Origin: Mobula hypostoma
Taxonomy: Eukaryota
Assembly (NCBI RefSeq): GCF_963921235.1
Contig: NC_086109.1
Location: forward strand, 18,292,001-18,356,000
Reading direction: 5' to 3'
DNA: 64,000 bases
The notes beneath the pieces were generated by a model. The model did not search any database. It saw only the letters and a program-made list of their open reading frames with translations, and was not told the DNA's origin. A program made the position numbers and the translations under genes. Shown one piece after another: positions 60,321 through 64,000 of the stretch (its first letter is position 1; every line of letters begins with the position of its first letter).

Positions 60321-61019
60321 GTAGGTGGTCGAACCCTGGAGAATGTATGGGCCTGGCTTAGATACAATAGGTATTGAGAGAGACATCAGGGCATGTTGTC
60401 CACGGATAATTTTAAGCAGTAGCAATAGGCACTCTGTGTGGTTTCCTTGTTGAATTCCTGGGGTCCTTTGAGTGTCTAACGTGAGTTCCCAACGCAGATG
60501 TGTGTTCATTTTCTTTACGTATTCATCTCCCTTTAACATGTGTTCATTACTAGCAAGACCAGCATTTATTGTCCATCCCTAATCACCTACCAAGCTGACT
60601 GACAGGCCATTTCAGTATGCAGTTACAAATGGGTTAAACAGGGAACATGTTAAGCCTCCCTCAATGAGATTAGTTTTTGTCACAGTCTGGTTGTTCTGTG
60701 GTCAAAATCCAAATTTCAATTGTATAGCTGCCTTGGTGAGATTCGAAGTCTAGTCTTCCGGGTTATTTAGGCGCGACTCTGGGAAATGGATCCAGCAATT
60801 TAGCTGCTACACTACTACTGTACACTGAAGGCTGATGTAAGGTCATGTCAAAACAATCACTGCCAATAACAAGAGATACTTCCTGCCTCTTCTGGCTTCT
60901 GCAGTGAATTTCGTCAACAGCAAACAAAAAGCAGGTTGATTTTATGAAAAGACATCCTTGGGGAGTTGGAGAAGTAGGAGTGATTCCAACCACAGCCTTT
61001 GACCTAGAGAAGCGAAACA

Positions 61020-61235
61020 TAAAACACTGGAGGAACTCAGCAGGTCAGGCAGCATCTCTGGAGGGAAATAGACAGTTGATGTTTTTTGATTGAGACCCTT
61101 CATCTGGATTTCAGGTCTTTGAGTTTAGATGGAAGGTCTTGACCCCAAACGTTAACTATACATAATCCTCTATAGATGCTGCCTGACCTGCTGAATCCTT
61201 CAGTGCTTTGTGTTGTTCCAGATTCCAATATCTGT
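61020..61235. repeat. Older palindromic Penelope-like repeat pair
   Basis: ctcagcaggtcaggcagcatct...agatgctgcctgacctgctga inverted arms. Confidence 0.7.
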
Positions 61236-61695
61236 AACCTTTTGTGTCACCATTAACAGAGATAAATATCATAAAGCCCTTCATGGGAAGTTGTTTATTG
61301 TTAAAGTAATTTGATAGTTTTTGAGATGTTAGGGCAGTTAAAGATCTCACTACCTGAAGGGCTTAAATGAAGAAATGGTATTGTGATGGATGTTACAGAG
61401 CTCAAAAGTGAAGAGATGTAGAGGCTTGATGGTGATGAGGGATGAGGCAAACGAGGCTATGGAGCGACTTAAGGAGGGTGAAACTTTTTTAAATTGCGAG
61501 ATTGCTGGATCATGAGTTGATTTGGGTCAGTAAGTAAGGAAATGATGGGTGAAACTAATCAGTTTCAGATATGGTGTGGGAAGAATTTTGAATAAATCTA
61601 GTAATTGGGGCAAGACTCAGGTGCAGCTATACTGTTTTTTTTTACCCTGTTTTGTTGTGTACTCATTTCCAACTCAATGTCTTCATTTTTCGCAG

Positions 61696-61748
61696 GACCC
61701 TCTAAAACACCCACGATATCGGAGTCCCAGTTTTCATACCAGAGCTGA
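61696..61748 (+). CDS. MFSD4A: MFSD4A-like terminal coding exon
   Basis: ttttcgcAG acceptor, phase 1. Reads GPSKTPTISESQFSYQS* (TGA 61746-61748); length and YQx* ending fit the recalled mammalian C-terminus. Confidence 0.75.
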
Positions 61749-64000
61749 GGTTTAGCAAGCGGCCAGCCACTGTGATGCACAGTCGACCTGGAAGGATCCA
61801 GTGCATCATTGGAATAGACTGACAGCCTGTGCTGACTTTAATGGTGGACGCTGCTGCAACAGTCCATTAGCAGCCTTCCCTACCATCTTAGAAGTGGCAC
61901 GGTCGCTTTTGTCTGCGCGTCTGATGCAGCACACTGGTGTGTGTGTCTGCCGACATCTCCCAGTGAGAATGGACAAAGTAACAATGATCGTCTTAATCAG
62001 CACTACATGGGACTTGAGTTAGCAAGCATGCTATTTTTTTTAAGTAGAACTGTTTTATTCAAAACAAAACACATTTGATTTGTTCAGGTTAATTAAATTT
62101 TTTGATTTTTATTTGTTAAAAACAAAATGCCAAATGTTTCATTGAGAAATCGAATATTTTGTTCCAATTTCACTTGAAGTGAAAATGAAGGCCATAAACG
62201 TGGAAGACCTGGTTGCAAGCATTCAGCAGGTATTCTTTCACTCTTGTGCTCGGTTTGTGAAGATTGAAAATTATGGGGTTGATACCTCAGCCAAAGTTGG
62301 ACTGCATTCTGTCTGCTCAGGTGCCAAGTGACACTGGCCAGATGACATTTATTGTCCATTAGAGTTGTGTTTGGTCAACTGCACTAGTCAACCTTATGGC
62401 ATGTGGTCACTGCCTGGAGTACCCCATCAAACATTACTGTGATAGTAACCCCCATTCCACATTCTCTACCTTGTGTACAGTAGTTGGGATTAGATATCAG
62501 ATCCCAGTTTTACCTGTGATAGGTCACAAAACTGACAGAAGGACCAGCTTTTAAGACAAAAAAATCCATTGAGGGACGTAACTGAACAACAAAGTTTCTC
62601 TAAAAACCTTTTTGGCCATTCTCCTTTCATCGCTGGCAAGCAAACATTCCCAGATTTACTCAATTCAGTTTTGCATCCTGTCATACCGGAATTCGAACTC
62701 TCAACCTGTGTGATGAAAGCCCAGTCCCGTAGTGGAGAGGAACAGGTGCCCATGCATAAACCATTGGTGTCTTGGTTTTCATCTGTTCTCCCACTAAGGA
62801 TAACAATCTAAAAGTTTTATATCTCAAAATATTGCACATACAATGACATGCAGTTCTAGGTGTAGTGTGGGAAATGCGATATTCAGTTTATGTTAACTAT
62901 GTTATATGCTAGTCTATTTATTTTTTTCTGGCATTGGTTGATGGAGTATTATCAGTCAAGTTAGTGAGGTAATTCCTCGCTCTTCATCAAATAATTCTGA
63001 AGGAATGACTCGTTGCATCGCCTATCTGAGGAATGTATCTTCAGACAGTCGAGAGGACCCTCAGTACTGTTATGGAATGGTGGCCCATTTGACGTGATTG
63101 CATCCTAACTGAGCTGGAAAATGGCAACATCCCAAAGACCCGGAGGGCTTCACATGGAGGCTTCTGGTAAAAATCAAGGACTAGAGGGATTTGGCTCCAG
63201 AATAGTCCCATATTATAAGCACTTTTCTGCAAAAGTTCACAGCTAGTGTCAGTCTGATAGTTTTTTGTGAAAACTGTCATACCATTTTAACCGTGAAAGA
63301 ATATACTACAACATTCCTTTCTTTAAAGTTATATTCAGATGGAATTTGTATTTATTATTGACTCACCACAAAATTGTAATGAATCCATATTTTCTGAGTT
63401 GGTCATATTCATTTCACATCAACTGGAGTTGGAGACAGTTGGATGTGGATTAATTAATCTCATTCAAGGAAAGGCAAACTTGTATAATAAGAGAGGTTCC
63501 ATTGTGCTTTTGGGGTGAAGGTACACTCATGTATACACCAAATGGAGCTCAATTAAACTTAACTAAAGCAGTGCCCAGTATAAGCTAACTTAATACTGAG
63601 ACAAGTGTAAAGAGACCAGTTATATCATGAGTATTAAATTATGGAAATACCATTTAAAACATTTAATTTCCACCCAACACCTCATGGAAATATCCACTCT
63701 CCTTTGCTGTGTCCAAAGAATAGGTTGAGGATGATAAAAACAGCCATCCCCCTTTGTCTTATAGATTGTCCAGTCCTGATGCACAGTGATAGGAGTGACT
63801 TTCTTCATTTTGCACCCCAGCCTTGTTAGAAGAACTGAGCTTGGATTCACCAATGCATTTGCAATTCAAATTATCTACGAGAACCAGTTGGAAAAAGTTT
63901 CCTTGTGGTTTAGGGTTATAAGCCCTGAGGACTGGGCTCCTACCCCGTGACAGGTTCCTCTGCACTGCAAACTGGCTTACAGATATGCCAGTGGCAGTTT

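Noticed and set aside
1..64000. CRISPR arrays, prokaryotic operons or defence systems
   Set aside because: No regularly spaced repeat-spacer array; the sequence is a spliced vertebrate gene and all RT-like ORFs belong to retrotransposons.

Overview
Eukaryotic (vertebrate) genomic DNA. The repeat content (CR1 LINEs with TTCTATGT tails, V-domain SINEs, Penelope-like and Rex/Babar remnants) points to a cartilaginous fish, probably a ray; this is inferred, not proven. The window holds nine coding exons (equivalent to exons 2-10) of an MFSD4A-like major-facilitator transporter on the + strand. All have GT-AG boundaries and compatible phases, giving about 428 codons ending in a TGA at 61746-61748; exon 1 lies upstream of the window. 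The introns are mostly transposon-derived and often nested. The most striking object is a very young 4.85-kb Gypsy/Gmr1-type LTR element (5175-10021). It has 841-bp near-identical LTRs, a CTAC target-site duplication (TSD), a tRNA-Pro primer-binding site and a polypurine tract. Its single uninterrupted 964-aa ORF keeps Gag and protease but fuses only dead in-frame scraps of integrase and RT, so it looks like a Gag-PR-coding non-autonomous element. It sits inside a CR1 LINE that sits inside a SINE. Other highlights: a composite Tc1-type element built from two ~65-bp mini-MITEs around captured DNA (5 copies), Penelope-associated minimal hammerhead motifs, a near full-length RTE with an unexplained insert in its 5' leader plus a bipartite derivative, and two solo LTRs with TSDs. 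Most short ORFs in the track are antisense or noise. No database searches were run; family calls rest on motif recognition.
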